Part shown: piece after piece, positions 1 to 13,721 of the stretch
How the letters are laid out: each line of letters opens with the position of its first letter
How positions within the stretch are numbered: position 1 is the stretch's first letter
Assembly (NCBI GenBank): GCA_028826165.1
Contig: JAPDFW010000033.1
Span: forward strand, 620,001 to 684,000
DNA length: 64,000 nucleotides
Source of the DNA: Anaeramoeba ignava BMAN
Taxonomy: Eukaryota > Protista > Anaeramoebae
Reading direction: 5' to 3'
Notes under the pieces: model-generated
The model's database searches: none
Told to the model about the DNA's origin: nothing
Seen by the model: the letters and a program-made list of their open reading frames with translations, nothing else
Program-made: the position numbers and the translations under genes

Positions 1-2
1 GT

Positions 3-2279
3 GAATATTTGTTCCCATTTTTAACATCAAACATTGAAGGACATCGAATAGTTTCCACAATAAGTTTTACAGAATTCATTCCTATTGTATCTAACAATTC
101 TCAATTACTTGAAAATACAATTTCTTGTTTGTTTTTAAGAGTCAATGACCAATCACCAAGTGTCACAAAATATTCAATAAGAGGACTTGGGAATGTTGTT
201 TCATTAGACTTGAAATCAATGGCAAAATTTGTTAGTTCAATTTTTAGCACAATGATTTTAAGAATGGAAGGCGATTCAGAACAAGTTTTTGAAGTTTTGA
301 AAACAATCAAGACCATTTTGGATGTTTTACCTTTAAAACATGTTTCTCCTCATTTATTAACTTTATGTGTTTCAGATAAATCAAGGATTTTATTAGCAGA
401 CAATGTTTCATCAATTGAAATGAATCAAATTTCCACCCAAAATATGAAAAACACAAGCATTCTCACTTTCCAACCTGAAAAATTGATTCCAATGCCTTCC
501 AAAATTAACAGTGTTGTTAAATTTGATGCTGATGGATTAGACACTTCTTTATTCAATGTTTCCACAATCTCGGGAAGAAATATAATTGTTACTTCAGATC
601 ATCCTTTTCTTGTTTCTTCGAATGATATTGATTCTCCAAAATTTTGTTTAGCTCATGATTTAATCAAAGAAAACCACAAAGTTTGCATTAAACACACTCT
701 TCATCCAATAGGAAATTCGTTACAGAAATCAACTCTTTTCTCTCAAGAATACTTTAATCAATTTATCAAATCAAAATTGATTGGAAATGTTGAATTTTTG
801 GAAAATAAATTTATTCCATTTTCAACAGAAACAAAAGGAATTGAAATTATAACAAGATTACTTGGTATTTGTATGCAAAAAGGAGTGGAGATTGATGGAG
901 AATTTCCTCATTTAAAAATGTTCATTGATTCCGATTTGCAAATTAATATTGAATTTATCAAAAATGATTTGATGTCTTTGCAAGAATTCCCGAAATATTC
1001 ATATGATTCAATTACGAAAATGCATGTTTTAAGTAATTGTTTATCAACTTTTATTGTATTAGATTTTCTTCTTCATGATTTTAAAACAAAATTTGAGTTT
1101 CCAAAATGGATTTTCAAATGCTCACTTGAAATACAAAGAGAATGGATTGGAGCATTTCAAAGTTTATGCAAATCTTTTAATTTTTCAATCAAAGAAGAAA
1201 ATTGCCAAGAACCTATTTATCAATCTTGTTTGGATTTTGAAGAATTATTTTTTGATCATCAAAATCAAGCAATTCTTTTTGCAGAAAATATGAAGAGAAT
1301 TTATAATAATTTCTCAATATCATCGATTAAAATTGAAGAAAATGAATTAAAAAAAAGTGTCAAATTGGTATTTAATTTGAAAAATGAAGAATTTTTGAAA
1401 ATTTGGAATTTAATTGGTTTCCGATATAATCTTGTGAAAGAAAATGATAATATGATTTTTGGAGAATTTTCTATTTATCGAGAATACGAAAAAGAAAAGC
1501 AAAAAGGAGAAGAAATATTAGCATTTAACCAATTTTCAAAGCATTGTTTTCAAACAAAAAATTCATGTATTTTTGTGGAAATTGAAAAAATTGAGAAAAT
1601 TTCAAATGAAAAACAAAAAGAAATTTCATTAATGGATATTCGCACTTCAACAGATAATCATACATTCATAGCAAATGGGTTTATCACTCATAATTGCACT
1701 AAAATTCGGGATTTATTCCAATCACAAAATCCACAAATACGAGCAGCATCAGTGAATCTTTTTGGGATTTTAGCAAGATTTGGATTTGAAGGAAATTCGG
1801 AACAAAGAACAGCTTTAATTCAGCAATTTGAAAGTAGTTTATCAACACTGATAATATTATTAAGAGATTCTGATATGGATGTTGGAGAATCAGTTAAATT
1901 TACACTGAAAAATTTTTCATATTTGATGAATATTGACGAGATGAATGAACTATTTGAATCATCCATGTTCAAGCCACGCAAAGTGATTGATTATGACACT
2001 TTCCTTGATTTATATGCAAAAATTCTTTCTGTTCGTTTTCCAGAAAGAATCTCAATTTTTATCTCTTCTTCTTTGGCTTATTTGTCTTCTCCAGATCCTC
2101 AAACAAGAGCAAATTCTGTTTTATTCATTGGTTTTCTTCTTAAATTTCTTCCTAATGATTTCCGTATTGGAATTCAAATTGACCAAATTGCAAATAAACT
2201 TCTTGCTCTTTTACAAGATCCTTCAATTGATGTTCGTGTTGCTGTTGCTCAAACAGCAAGTTTACTTTATGATTATTAA
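3..2279 (+). CDS. MROH1: MROH1/HEATR7A (maestro HEAT-like repeat) family protein, 5'-truncated by the window edge, containing an intein
   Basis: The frame is open from position 3 and the ORF-track start is TTG, so the real start lies upstream. Removing the intein gives PHLLTL|CTKIRDLFQSQNPQIRAASVNLFGILARF...LSTLIILLRDSD...LLALLQDPSIDVRVAVAQTASLL, which resembles the C-terminal HEAT repeats of MROH1 as I recall them. Confidence 0.75.
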   Translation, partial: EYLFPFLTSNIEGHRIVSTISFTEFIPIVSNNSQLLENTISCLFLRVNDQSPSVTKYSIRGLGNVVSLDLKSMAKFVSSIFSTMILRMEGDSEQVFEVLKTIKTILDVLPLKHVSPHLLTLCVSDKSRILLADNVSSIEMNQISTQNMKNTSILTFQPEKLIPMPSKINSVVKFDADGLDTSLFNVSTISGRNIIVTSDHPFLVSSNDIDSPKFCLAHDLIKENHKVCIKHTLHPIGNSLQKSTLFSQEYFNQFIKSKLIGNVEFLENKFIPFSTETKGIEIITRLLGICMQKGVEIDGEFPHLKMFIDSDLQINIEFIKNDLMSLQEFPKYSYDSITKMHVLSNCLSTFIVLDFLLHDFKTKFEFPKWIFKCSLEIQREWIGAFQSLCKSFNFSIKEENCQEPIYQSCLDFEELFFDHQNQAILFAENMKRIYNNFSISSIKIEENELKKSVKLVFNLKNEEFLKIWNLIGFRYNLVKENDNMIFGEFSIYREYEKEKQKGEEILAFNQFSKHCFQTKNSCIFVEIEKIEKISNEKQKEISLMDIRTSTDNHTFIANGFITHNCTKIRDLFQSQNPQIRAASVNLFGILARFGFEGNSEQRTALIQQFESSLSTLIILLRDSDMDVGESVKFTLKNFSYLMNIDEMNELFESSMFKPRKVIDYDTFLDLYAKILSVRFPERISIFISSSLAYLSSPDPQTRANSVLFIGFLLKFLPNDFRIGIQIDQIANKLLALLQDPSIDVRVAVAQTASLLYDY
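366..1694 (+). mobile_element. Intein (443 aa) with a degenerate LAGLIDADG homing-endonuclease domain
   Basis: Block A CVSDKSRILLAD (Cys1 at 366-368); block B IIVTSDHPFLV (TxxH); LAGLIDADG-like ITRLLGICMQKG and FPKWIF...IQREWIGAFQSL; block H-like IWNLIGFRY; blocks F/G LMDIRTSTDNHTFIANGFITHN followed by +1 Cys (1695-1697). Confidence 0.95.
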
Positions 2280-2435
2280 AATTCATTTCATTTAAAAATT
2301 CATTTAAAATTCATTTAAAATTCATTCAGAATTCAATTTAAAATTCATTTAGAATTCAATTCAAAATTCATTAAAAATTCATTTAAAATTCAATTTAAAA
2401 ATTCAATTAAAATTCAATTAAAATTCAATTTCAGA
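2280..2435. repeat. Short AAAATTCATTT/AAAATTCAATT tandem repeat between convergent genes
   Basis: About 10-11 bp units visible directly downstream of the MROH1 stop. Confidence 0.7.
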
Positions 2436-2460
2436 AATTAAAAGGAGAAAGTTTATTTTA

Positions 2461-5387
<2,927 letters not shown>

Positions 5388-5493
5388 TTAAAAGAAAAAA
5401 AAAAATTTTTTTAATTAAAAAAAAAAATAAAAAATAAAAATTTTTTTTTCATTTTTTTCTTTTTAATTCAAAAAAAATAAAATAAAAAAGAAA

Positions 5494-7674
5494 ATGAATG
5501 ATATTTGGTTTTTTGGTTTAAATAAATTTCCAAAAATCTTTCAAAATGAAAAAGAAAAAATAATAAATCCAATTAAATTAAATTTTTACAAAAAGAATAA
5601 GAACAAAAATGAAAAAAATGAAAATCAACTTGAACTTAATTTTGATTTTGAATTTGATCATGAATTTGAATTCGAATTTGAATTTGGATTTGGATTAAGA
5701 ATAAAAAGCATTGGATCAAATGAAACAACAGTTATTTTCCTTTTTGAAAACGGAAAAGCAATTGAATATTTAAAAGATTCAAATGAAAATCCTCATAAAA
5801 TTGAAATTGAAAATATCAAATCAATATCAGCAGGATATAAAGTAACCTCAATTTTAACATTTGAAGGAAATGTTTTTTCAAAAGGAGAAATTATCAATCC
5901 AAACGATCCAAAAAAATACATCAATATTTCATCATTAATTGAAGATCCAAATGATAGAATAATTCAAGATGTTGTTTCTGGAACAAATTCAATTTATTTA
6001 TTAAGTTCAAATCATAATGTTTATGGAATTGGTTCTAATAATTTTAGTCAATTAGGTCTTTCTTCAATATTTTCAACAAGAAATCCTGTTTTAATGATGA
6101 AAAATGTTTCTAAAATGTTTTCAGGAAATTCTTCTTCTTCCGTTTTTCTTTTAAATTCAAATCAAGAATTATTTGGTTGTGGTTGGAATGATTTTGGCCA
6201 ACTTGGATTAGGTGAATCATCAGCAAAAAATATACCTGAATTAACCAAAATACAAAATATTCCAAAAGGTAAAATACTTGATATTCAAATCGGAGGTGGT
6301 CATTCAATTATGTTAATTGAGAACGAAGATGATCAAAATCAAAATCAAAATGAAAATGAAAATGAAAATAAAATTGAAATTGAAATTGAAATTGAAATTG
6401 AAAATCAAAATCAAAATCAAATTCAAAATCAAAATCAAAATCAAAATCAAAATCAAAATCAAAATCAAAATCAAAATCAAAATCAAAATCAAAATGAAAA
6501 TCAAAATCAAAATCAAAATCAAAATCAAAATCAAAATCAAAATCAAAATCAAAATGAAAATCAAAATGAAAATCAAAATCAAAATGAAAATCAAAATCAA
6601 AATGAAAATCAAAATCAAAATCAAAATCAAAATCAAAATCAAAATCAAAATCAAAATCAAAATCAAAATCAAAATCAAAATCAAAATCAAAATCCAAAAA
6701 GAAAACTTTATTCATGTGGATATTCTCAATATAATGGTTTCTCATCTTCAACAAACAAAACAGAATTTACTGAAATTAAATCACCTTTATTTGAAAATGA
6801 TGATAATATTCTTGATTTTTCTGTTGGTTGTCTTCATACTTTGATTTTAACAAAAAAGGGGAAAATGTATGGATTTGGAAACAATTTATATGGTCAATTA
6901 GGAACTGGAAATACAGAAAATCAACCAATTCCAATTCAAATTGAACTTCCTAAATTATTATCATTTGATATTTCCAATTATCACATTCATTCTGACTCTT
7001 TTAATTCTTTCCTTTTTTGTCCAATAATTTCCAGTCTCGGACTTGATTTGATAAAACTATTTGAAAGAAAAGAATTTTGTGATATTTCATTTAAAACAAT
7101 AAATCCAAATGAAATAATTGAAGCTCATAAATTAATATTGAAATATAGATTAAATCAAAATCAAATTGAAAAACTTAAAGAAATTATTTCAAAAAAATCA
7201 ATTAAAGAATCAAATCAAATATTTGAAATGATTTATTCAAACAGAATAATAAATCCAAAATTATATTCTGAAATTAAAGAAATTATAAAAAAAGAAAGTA
7301 TAAATGAATCAATGAAAAGAATTTATTTAAATGAAAATGAAAATGAAAATGAAAAAGATTTTATTATTGAAAGAAAAGAAAAGAAATACAAATTCCCTAA
7401 ATTAATATTAATAATGAGAAGTGAATTATATCGAGGAATGTTTTTATCTGTTACAGAAGATAAATCAAATAAAGTTAGAGATTATAGTGAATTAAGTAAT
7501 AAATCGTTTCAAATATTTGAATATTGGATTTATTCAAATCAAATTAAAGATGAAATTGAAATTACACAAGAAATCATTAATGAAATTGAAACTGGAATTG
7601 ATTATTTTCAATTAAATCAAACAAAACCAAATTTATTTGATTTATTAATTAAGAAATTTAATAATCAAAATTAA
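5494..7674 (+). CDS. RCC1/BLIP-II beta-propeller + C-terminal BTB/POZ protein (copy 1, most divergent) with a long poly-NQ insert
   Basis: RCC1 motifs GWNDFGQLGLG, GNNLYGQLGTG, GGGHS, GCLHT; BTB-like FCDISF...AHKLIL and KDFII...KLILIMRSELYRGMF. Confidence 0.9.
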   Translation: MNDIWFFGLNKFPKIFQNEKEKIINPIKLNFYKKNKNKNEKNENQLELNFDFEFDHEFEFEFEFGFGLRIKSIGSNETTVIFLFENGKAIEYLKDSNENPHKIEIENIKSISAGYKVTSILTFEGNVFSKGEIINPNDPKKYINISSLIEDPNDRIIQDVVSGTNSIYLLSSNHNVYGIGSNNFSQLGLSSIFSTRNPVLMMKNVSKMFSGNSSSSVFLLNSNQELFGCGWNDFGQLGLGESSAKNIPELTKIQNIPKGKILDIQIGGGHSIMLIENEDDQNQNQNENENENKIEIEIEIEIENQNQNQIQNQNQNQNQNQNQNQNQNQNQNQNENQNQNQNQNQNQNQNQNQNENQNENQNQNENQNQNENQNQNQNQNQNQNQNQNQNQNQNQNQNQNPKRKLYSCGYSQYNGFSSSTNKTEFTEIKSPLFENDDNILDFSVGCLHTLILTKKGKMYGFGNNLYGQLGTGNTENQPIPIQIELPKLLSFDISNYHIHSDSFNSFLFCPIISSLGLDLIKLFERKEFCDISFKTINPNEIIEAHKLILKYRLNQNQIEKLKEIISKKSIKESNQIFEMIYSNRIINPKLYSEIKEIIKKESINESMKRIYLNENENENEKDFIIERKEKKYKFPKLILIMRSELYRGMFLSVTEDKSNKVRDYSELSNKSFQIFEYWIYSNQIKDEIEITQEIINEIETGIDYFQLNQTKPNLFDLLIKKFNNQN
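6331..6693 (+). repeat. Coding hexamer microsatellite (AATCAA/AATGAA)n = poly-NQ/NE, about 120 aa
   Basis: In-frame expansion at a loop where paralogs carry only a few NE/NQ units. Confidence 0.9.
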
Positions 7675-7886
7675 AATTAAAATTAAAATCAAAATCAAAA
7701 TCAAAATTAAAATTAAAATTAAAATTAAAATTAAAATTAAAATTAAAATTTTTAAAAATTGAATTTGTTTCCTATTTATTGATTTGAAAAATTTAATTTA
7801 ATTGAAAGTAAAAGAAAATAAAAGTGAATTTTGAAAAAAGAAAAAGAAAAAGAAAAAGAAAAAGAAAAAGAGAAAGAGAAAGAGTT

Positions 7887-9458
7887 TTAAAGGAAATAAG
7901 TTTCAACTTCATCAACTTTCCATGAATTAAAAGATCCAGCTAAATAACTTTTAGCTTCATTTTTTCCTTTTTTAATACTTTTAGGTAATTTGTAACTATT
8001 ACCAAAATTTGACCAACCAGATCTTAAACTTGAATTTAAACAAAAATCAGCACCATATCCAAAATTTGCACCATTTCTTAAATAATGATATAAAATTGCA
8101 TATTGTTCTTGATCTTTTTTAATTGGAAATTTATGTGGATTTCGATTATTTTTATTATTTCTTAATGAAAAAATAAATGCTTTTGAATCAGGAATATATC
8201 CATAATCTCTATTTCTATCTTCTTCTCTCCATTTTGATTTATCATTTGTAAATCCTATTGAAGTAAATCCTCCAAAAATGTAATTATCTTTTGTTTTGAT
8301 AATAATTAATGTTTTTCCTTTGTTATCACATTTATCATGCCATTTTTTACAATTAAATCCATTTCTTTTTGCTGAAAATCCTAATTTCATTTTGGAAAAG
8401 AATTCATCATCATTTATCCATTCTTTTAATTTATTGAAATTTTTTTTTGTTCGAATTATTATTGGTTTGGAATTGAGTTTTAAATTTGTTGAATTTTGAA
8501 TTTGATGTAGATTTTGAAATTGATTTTGAATTTGGTTTTGATGTTGATATTGATTTTGAGATTGAATTTGAATTTGAATTAATTTTTCTAATTCTGCTTC
8601 ATTATTTTGATCATTTTGAAGTTTTTGGAATTGAATTAATTGTTCTGAAATTTGTTTTGGAATTAAATCATCTTTTAATGTTTTATTTATTTCTTCTTCT
8701 GAAAAATTATTAAATTGTATTTGTTCAATAATAATATTTGAAATTTGATTTTGAATTTGTTCTTTTTCTTTTTTTTCGAGTTTTTCATTTTCTTTTTCTT
8801 GATTAATATTTAATTTATGTTTTCCCCATTTGATTATTAATTGGAAAAGTTCGAATTCATTTAGAGAAATGTATCCACTTGATATTATTGATTTAAATTG
8901 ATTTTCTTCAAGTTCAAGAAAAAATGAAGTTTTGATAAATTCATTTATGTTTTCTAAAATAAATTGATAAGAAGAATTTAATAATTGGTTAAATTTCATT
9001 GCTTCAGATAATTTGAGAATATCAACAACTGTTTCGAATTGTAAATTATTTTTGATAATTTTTGAACAAATTTCAATTAATTCATCAATTAAATATTTTG
9101 ATGAAAAAAATAAAATTTCAATAACATTTTCTAAATTAATTTCAATTTTTCCTGAATAAAAATAATTCAATATTAAATTTAAAGTTGGAATTGAAAAACC
9201 GTTTAAAATCATTTTATTTTCTTGATATTCTTTCATTTTTGAATTAAAAAGTGATTTAAAATATTGACTTCTTGAAGAAAGAATTGATTTATGAGTTTTA
9301 AATGAAATTGGATTTATTTGTTGATTTTGTTGACAAATTATTTCAAAATCAAAATAACTTTCATTTTCATTTTCATTTTCATTTTGATTTTGATTTTGAT
9401 TTTGAAATAAATTTTTTAAATCATTTGAAAGTTTTTCTAAATTTGAATAAGTTTCCAT
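7887..9458 (-). CDS. BTB-BACK-TLDc protein (copy 1)
   Basis: BTB FDFEI...HKSILSSRSQYFKSLF; BACK-like FLELEENQF...NEFELFQLIIKW; TLDc FSAKRNGF..WHDKCDNKGKTLIIIKT..YIFGGFT..AFIFSL..VDEVETY. Confidence 0.9.
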   Translation of the reverse strand: METYSNLEKLSNDLKNLFQNQNQNQNENENENESYFDFEIICQQNQQINPISFKTHKSILSSRSQYFKSLFNSKMKEYQENKMILNGFSIPTLNLILNYFYSGKIEINLENVIEILFFSSKYLIDELIEICSKIIKNNLQFETVVDILKLSEAMKFNQLLNSSYQFILENINEFIKTSFFLELEENQFKSIISSGYISLNEFELFQLIIKWGKHKLNINQEKENEKLEKKEKEQIQNQISNIIIEQIQFNNFSEEEINKTLKDDLIPKQISEQLIQFQKLQNDQNNEAELEKLIQIQIQSQNQYQHQNQIQNQFQNLHQIQNSTNLKLNSKPIIIRTKKNFNKLKEWINDDEFFSKMKLGFSAKRNGFNCKKWHDKCDNKGKTLIIIKTKDNYIFGGFTSIGFTNDKSKWREEDRNRDYGYIPDSKAFIFSLRNNKNNRNPHKFPIKKDQEQYAILYHYLRNGANFGYGADFCLNSSLRSGWSNFGNSYKLPKSIKKGKNEAKSYLAGSFNSWKVDEVETYFL

Positions 9459-9527
9459 TTTAAATTAAAAAAAATTAAAAAATTTAAAAAAATGAAAAAT
9501 TAAATTTCATTTTTTTTCTTTTCAAAA
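9459..9527. promoter_or_regulatory. Putative compact bidirectional promoter with back-to-back TCATTTT initiator-like motifs (repeated at 13655-13721, 21422-21489, 29574-29641)
   Basis: Only 67-69 bp separate the divergent ATGs. AAAATGAAAA (TCATTTT on the minus strand) and TTCATTTTTT (plus strand) are conserved in all four copies. Confidence 0.6.
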
Positions 9528-11283
9528 ATGAATGAAATTTTATTTTTTGGTCAAAATGATAAACCAAAACTTATCAAAAATGAACTAATGAGAATAATAA
9601 AACCAATTCAATTTAAATTTGAAAATGAAAATGAAAATGAAAATGAAAATGAAAATGAAAATGAAAATGAAAATGAAAAACAAATTAAACAAATTTCAAC
9701 AGGAAATTATTCAACAATTTTCCTTTTTAAAAATGGAAAAGCGATAGAATATTTAACTGAAAATGATTCAAATCAAAATCCTGAAAAAATCCAAATTGAA
9801 GAAAATATTCAAAAAGTAGCTGTTGGTGGTTGGAATGAAGCTATTTTAACAAAAGAAGGAAATGTATTTGCCAAAGGAAACGATATTAATCCAAATAATC
9901 CAAAAGAACTTATCGATATTTCATCATTAATTGAAGATAAAAATGATAGAATAATTCAAGATATTGTTTCTGGAGCTCGTTCAATTTATTTATTAACTTC
10001 AAATCAAAATGCTTATGGAATTGGTTCAAATGATTTTGGTCAACTTGGATTTGATTCTGAAACACTTCCAAAAACAGAAAAACCAATTTTAATGATGAAA
10101 AATGTTTCTAAAATATTTTCAGGAAATTCTTCACTTTCTGTTTTTCTTTTAAATTCAAATCAAGAATTATTTGGATGCGGATATAACGAATTTGGTCAAC
10201 TTGGATTAGGAGAATCAAGAAAAGAACAAAAAATTCATAACTTAACCAAAATACAAAATATTCCAAAAGGCAAAATAATTGATATTCAATGTGGAAATTT
10301 GCATTCAATAATGTTGATTGAAAATGAAAATCAAAATCAAAATGAAAATCCAAAAAGAAAACTTTATTCATGTGGAGATTATAAATGTAATGGACTTGGC
10401 AAAATACACAATACTTATGAATTTACTGAAATCAAATCATCTTTATTTGAAAATGATGATAATATTCTTGATTTTTCTTGTGGATATTTTCATACTTTGA
10501 TTTTAACTTCTAATTCAAAATTAATCGGATTTGGGAATAATTTATTTGCTCAATTAGGAACTGGAGATACAAAAGATCAATTAATTCCAATTCAAATTGA
10601 ACTTCCTGAATTAAGATTTAATGAAGATATTTCTAATTATCATCTTTCTTGTGGATTGTGGAAATCATTTTTTTATTATTCTCCTCCTTCTTTTTCCAAT
10701 CTTGAAGAAGATTTGATAAAATTATTTGAAAGAAAAGAATTTTGTAATATTTCATTTAAAACAGAAAATGGAGAAATAATTGAAGCTCATAAATTAATAT
10801 TGAATTACAGATTAAAAGATCAAAATCAAAATCGAAATTGAAAAACTTCAAGAAATTATTTCAAAAAAATCAATTAAAGAATCAAATCAAATATTTGAAA
10901 TGATTTATTCAAACAGAATAATAAATCCAAAATTATATTCTGAAATTAAAGAAATTATAAATTCCAATGAAAAAATTGAAGAAACAATGAAAAGAATTTA
11001 TTTAAATGAAAATGAAAATGAAAAAGATTTTATAATTGAAAGAAAAGAAAAACAATATAAATTTCCCAAATTAATATTAATAATGAGAAGTGAATTATAT
11101 CGAGGAATGTTTTTATCTGTAACTGAAGATAAATCTAATAAAGTTACAGATTATAGTGAATTAAGTAATAAATCATTTCAAATATTTGAATATTGGATTT
11201 ATTCAAATCAAATTAAAGAAGAAATTCAAATTACACAAGAAATCATTGATGAAATTCAAATTGGGATTGACGTTTTCAATTAA
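9528..11283 (+). pseudogene. RCC1-BTB copy 2, frameshifted near 10835 with a degraded 3' end (pseudogene or assembly error)
   Basis: ORFs 9528-10841 and 10900-11283 together are colinear with the intact paralogs. Confidence 0.7.
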
Positions 11284-11324
11284 ATGAAATTCAAAACCAA
11301 ATTTAGGAATTAAGAAATTTTCAA

Positions 11325-11890
11325 TCAAAATCAAAATCAAAATTAAAATTAAAATTAAAATTAAAATTAAAATTAAAATTTTAAATTAAAATTAAAATTA
11401 AAATTAAAATTAAAATTAAAATTAAAATTAAAATTAAAATTTAAAATTAAAATTAAAATCAAAATTAAAATCAAAATTAAAATTAAAATCAAAATTAAAA
11501 ATTAAAATTAAAATTAAAATTTCAATTAAAATTAAAATTAAATTTAAAATTAAAATTAAATCAAATTAAATTTAAATTTAAAATAAAATTAAAATTAAAA
11601 TTAAATTTAAATTTAAAATAAAATTTAAAATTAAAATTAAAATTAAATTTAAAATTAAAATTAAAATTAAAATCAAAATCAAAATTAAAATCAAAATTAA
11701 AATTAAAATTAAAATTAAAATTAAAATTAAAATTAAAATTAAAATCAAAATTAAAATTAAAATTAAAATTAAAATTAAAATTAAAATTAAAATTAAAATT
11801 AAAATTAAAATTAAAATCAAAATCAAAATTAAAATTAAAATCAAAATTAAAATTAAAATTAAAATTAAAATTAAAATTAAAATTAAAATT
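11325..11890. repeat. (AAAATT/AAAATC)n hexamer tract downstream of an RCC1-BTB gene
   Basis: Direct tandem array. Shorter versions follow the other RCC1-BTB copies (e.g. 7670-7750, 15490-15610, 33325-33480, 35300-35430). Confidence 0.9.
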
Positions 11891-12034
11891 TTTAAAAATT
11901 GAATTTTTTCCTATTTATTGATTTGAAAAATTTAATTTGATTGAAAGTAAAAGAAAATAAAAATGAATTTTGAAAAAATAAAAATGAATTTTGAAAAAAG
12001 AAAAAGAAAAAGAAAAAGAGAAAGAGAAAGAATT

Positions 12035-13654
12035 TTAAAGGAAATAAGTTTCAACTTCATCAACTTTCCATGAATTAAAAGATCCAGCTAAATAACTTTT
12101 AGCTTCATTTTTTCCTTTTTTAATACTTTTAGGTAATTTGTAACTATTACCAAAATTTGACCAACCAGATCTTAAACTTGAATTTAAACAAAAATCAGCA
12201 CCATATCCAAAAAATGCACCATTTCTTAAATAATGATATAAAATTGCATATTGTTCTTGATCTTTTTTAATTGGAAATTTATGTGGATTTCGATCTCCTT
12301 TATCATTTCTTAATGAAAAAATAAATGCTTTTGAATCAGGAATAAATCCATTTGAATTATTTTTATCTTCTTCTCTCCATTTTGATTTATCATTTGTAAA
12401 TCCTATTGAAGTAAATCCTCCAAAAATGTAATTTTCTGTTGTTTTGATAATAATTAATGTTTTTCCTTTGTTATCACATTTATCATGCCATTTTTTACAA
12501 TCAAATCTATCACTTTTTGCTGAAAATCCTAATTTCATTTTGGAAAAGAATTCATCATCATTTATCCATTCTTTTAATTTATTGAAATTTTCTTTTGTTT
12601 TGATTATTGATGAATTAAATGTTGATTTGAGTTTTAAATTTGTTGAATTTTGAATTTGATGTAGATTTTGAAATTGATTTTGATTTTGAATTTGATTTTG
12701 ATATTGAATTTGATTTTGATTTTGAATTTGATTTTGATTTTGAAATTGATGTTGAAATTGATTTTGAGATTGAATTAATTTTTCTAATTCTGCTTCATTA
12801 TTTTGATCATTTTGAAGTTTTTGGAATTGAATTAATTGTTCTGAAATTTGTTTTGGAATTAAATCATCTTTTAATGTTTTATTTATTTCTTCTTCTGAAA
12901 AATTATTAAATTGTATTTGTTCAATAATAATATTTGAAATTTGATTTTGAATTTGTTCTTTTTCTTTTTTTTCAAGTTTTTCATTTTCTTTTTCTTGATT
13001 AATATTTAATTTATGTTTTCCCCATTTGATTATTAATTGGAAAAGTTCAAATTCATTTAAAGAAATGTATCCACTTGATATAATTGATTTAAATTGATTT
13101 TCTTCAAGTTCAAGAAAAAATGAAGTTTTGATAAATTCATTTATGTTTTCTAAAATAAATTGATAAGAAGAATTTAATAATTGATTAAATTTCATTGCTT
13201 CAGATAATTTAAGAATATCAACAACTGTTTCGAATTGTAAATTATTTTTGATAATTTTTGAACAAATTTCAATTAATTCATCAATTAAATATTTTGATGA
13301 AAAAAATAAAATTTCAATAACATTTTCTAAATTAATTTCAATTTTTCCTGAATAAAAATAATTTAATATTAAATTTAAAGTTGGAATTGAAAAACCGTTT
13401 AAAATCATTTTATTTTCTTGATATTCTTTCATTTTTGAATTAAAAAGTGATTTAAAATATTGACTTCTTGAAGAAAGGATTGATTTATGAGTTTTAAATG
13501 AAATTGGATTTATTTGTTGATTTTGTTCACAAATTATTTCAAAATCAAAATAATTTTCATTTTCATTTTGATTTTCATTTTGATTTTGATTTTGATTTTG
13601 AAATAAATTTTTTAAATCATTTGAAAGTTTTTCTAAATTTGAATAAGTTTCCAT
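12035..13654 (-). CDS. BTB-BACK-TLDc protein (copy 2)
   Basis: Near-identical to 7887-9458; intact ORF. Confidence 0.9.
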   Translation of the reverse strand: METYSNLEKLSNDLKNLFQNQNQNQNENQNENENYFDFEIICEQNQQINPISFKTHKSILSSRSQYFKSLFNSKMKEYQENKMILNGFSIPTLNLILNYFYSGKIEINLENVIEILFFSSKYLIDELIEICSKIIKNNLQFETVVDILKLSEAMKFNQLLNSSYQFILENINEFIKTSFFLELEENQFKSIISSGYISLNEFELFQLIIKWGKHKLNINQEKENEKLEKKEKEQIQNQISNIIIEQIQFNNFSEEEINKTLKDDLIPKQISEQLIQFQKLQNDQNNEAELEKLIQSQNQFQHQFQNQNQIQNQNQIQYQNQIQNQNQFQNLHQIQNSTNLKLKSTFNSSIIKTKENFNKLKEWINDDEFFSKMKLGFSAKSDRFDCKKWHDKCDNKGKTLIIIKTTENYIFGGFTSIGFTNDKSKWREEDKNNSNGFIPDSKAFIFSLRNDKGDRNPHKFPIKKDQEQYAILYHYLRNGAFFGYGADFCLNSSLRSGWSNFGNSYKLPKSIKKGKNEAKSYLAGSFNSWKVDEVETYFL

Positions 13655-13721
13655 TTTTAAATTAAAAATTTAAAAATTAAAAAAATGAAAAATGAAAATT
13701 CATTTTTTTACTTTTCAAAAA

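Noticed and set aside
7660-7750. Possible TAA-to-Gln reassignment, suggested by in-frame AAT-CAA/AAT-TAA alternation after RCC1-BTB stops
   Set aside because: Long Gln-rich ORFs contain no in-frame TAA/TAG, and TAA ends DIM1, VPS2 and MROH1 at their expected C-termini. The single internal TAA (18142) corresponds to GAA in the paralog.
11578-11844. Poly-IL ORF; also poly-IL/NF ORFs at 38939-39242 and 57892-58119
   Set aside because: Translations of hexamer microsatellites.
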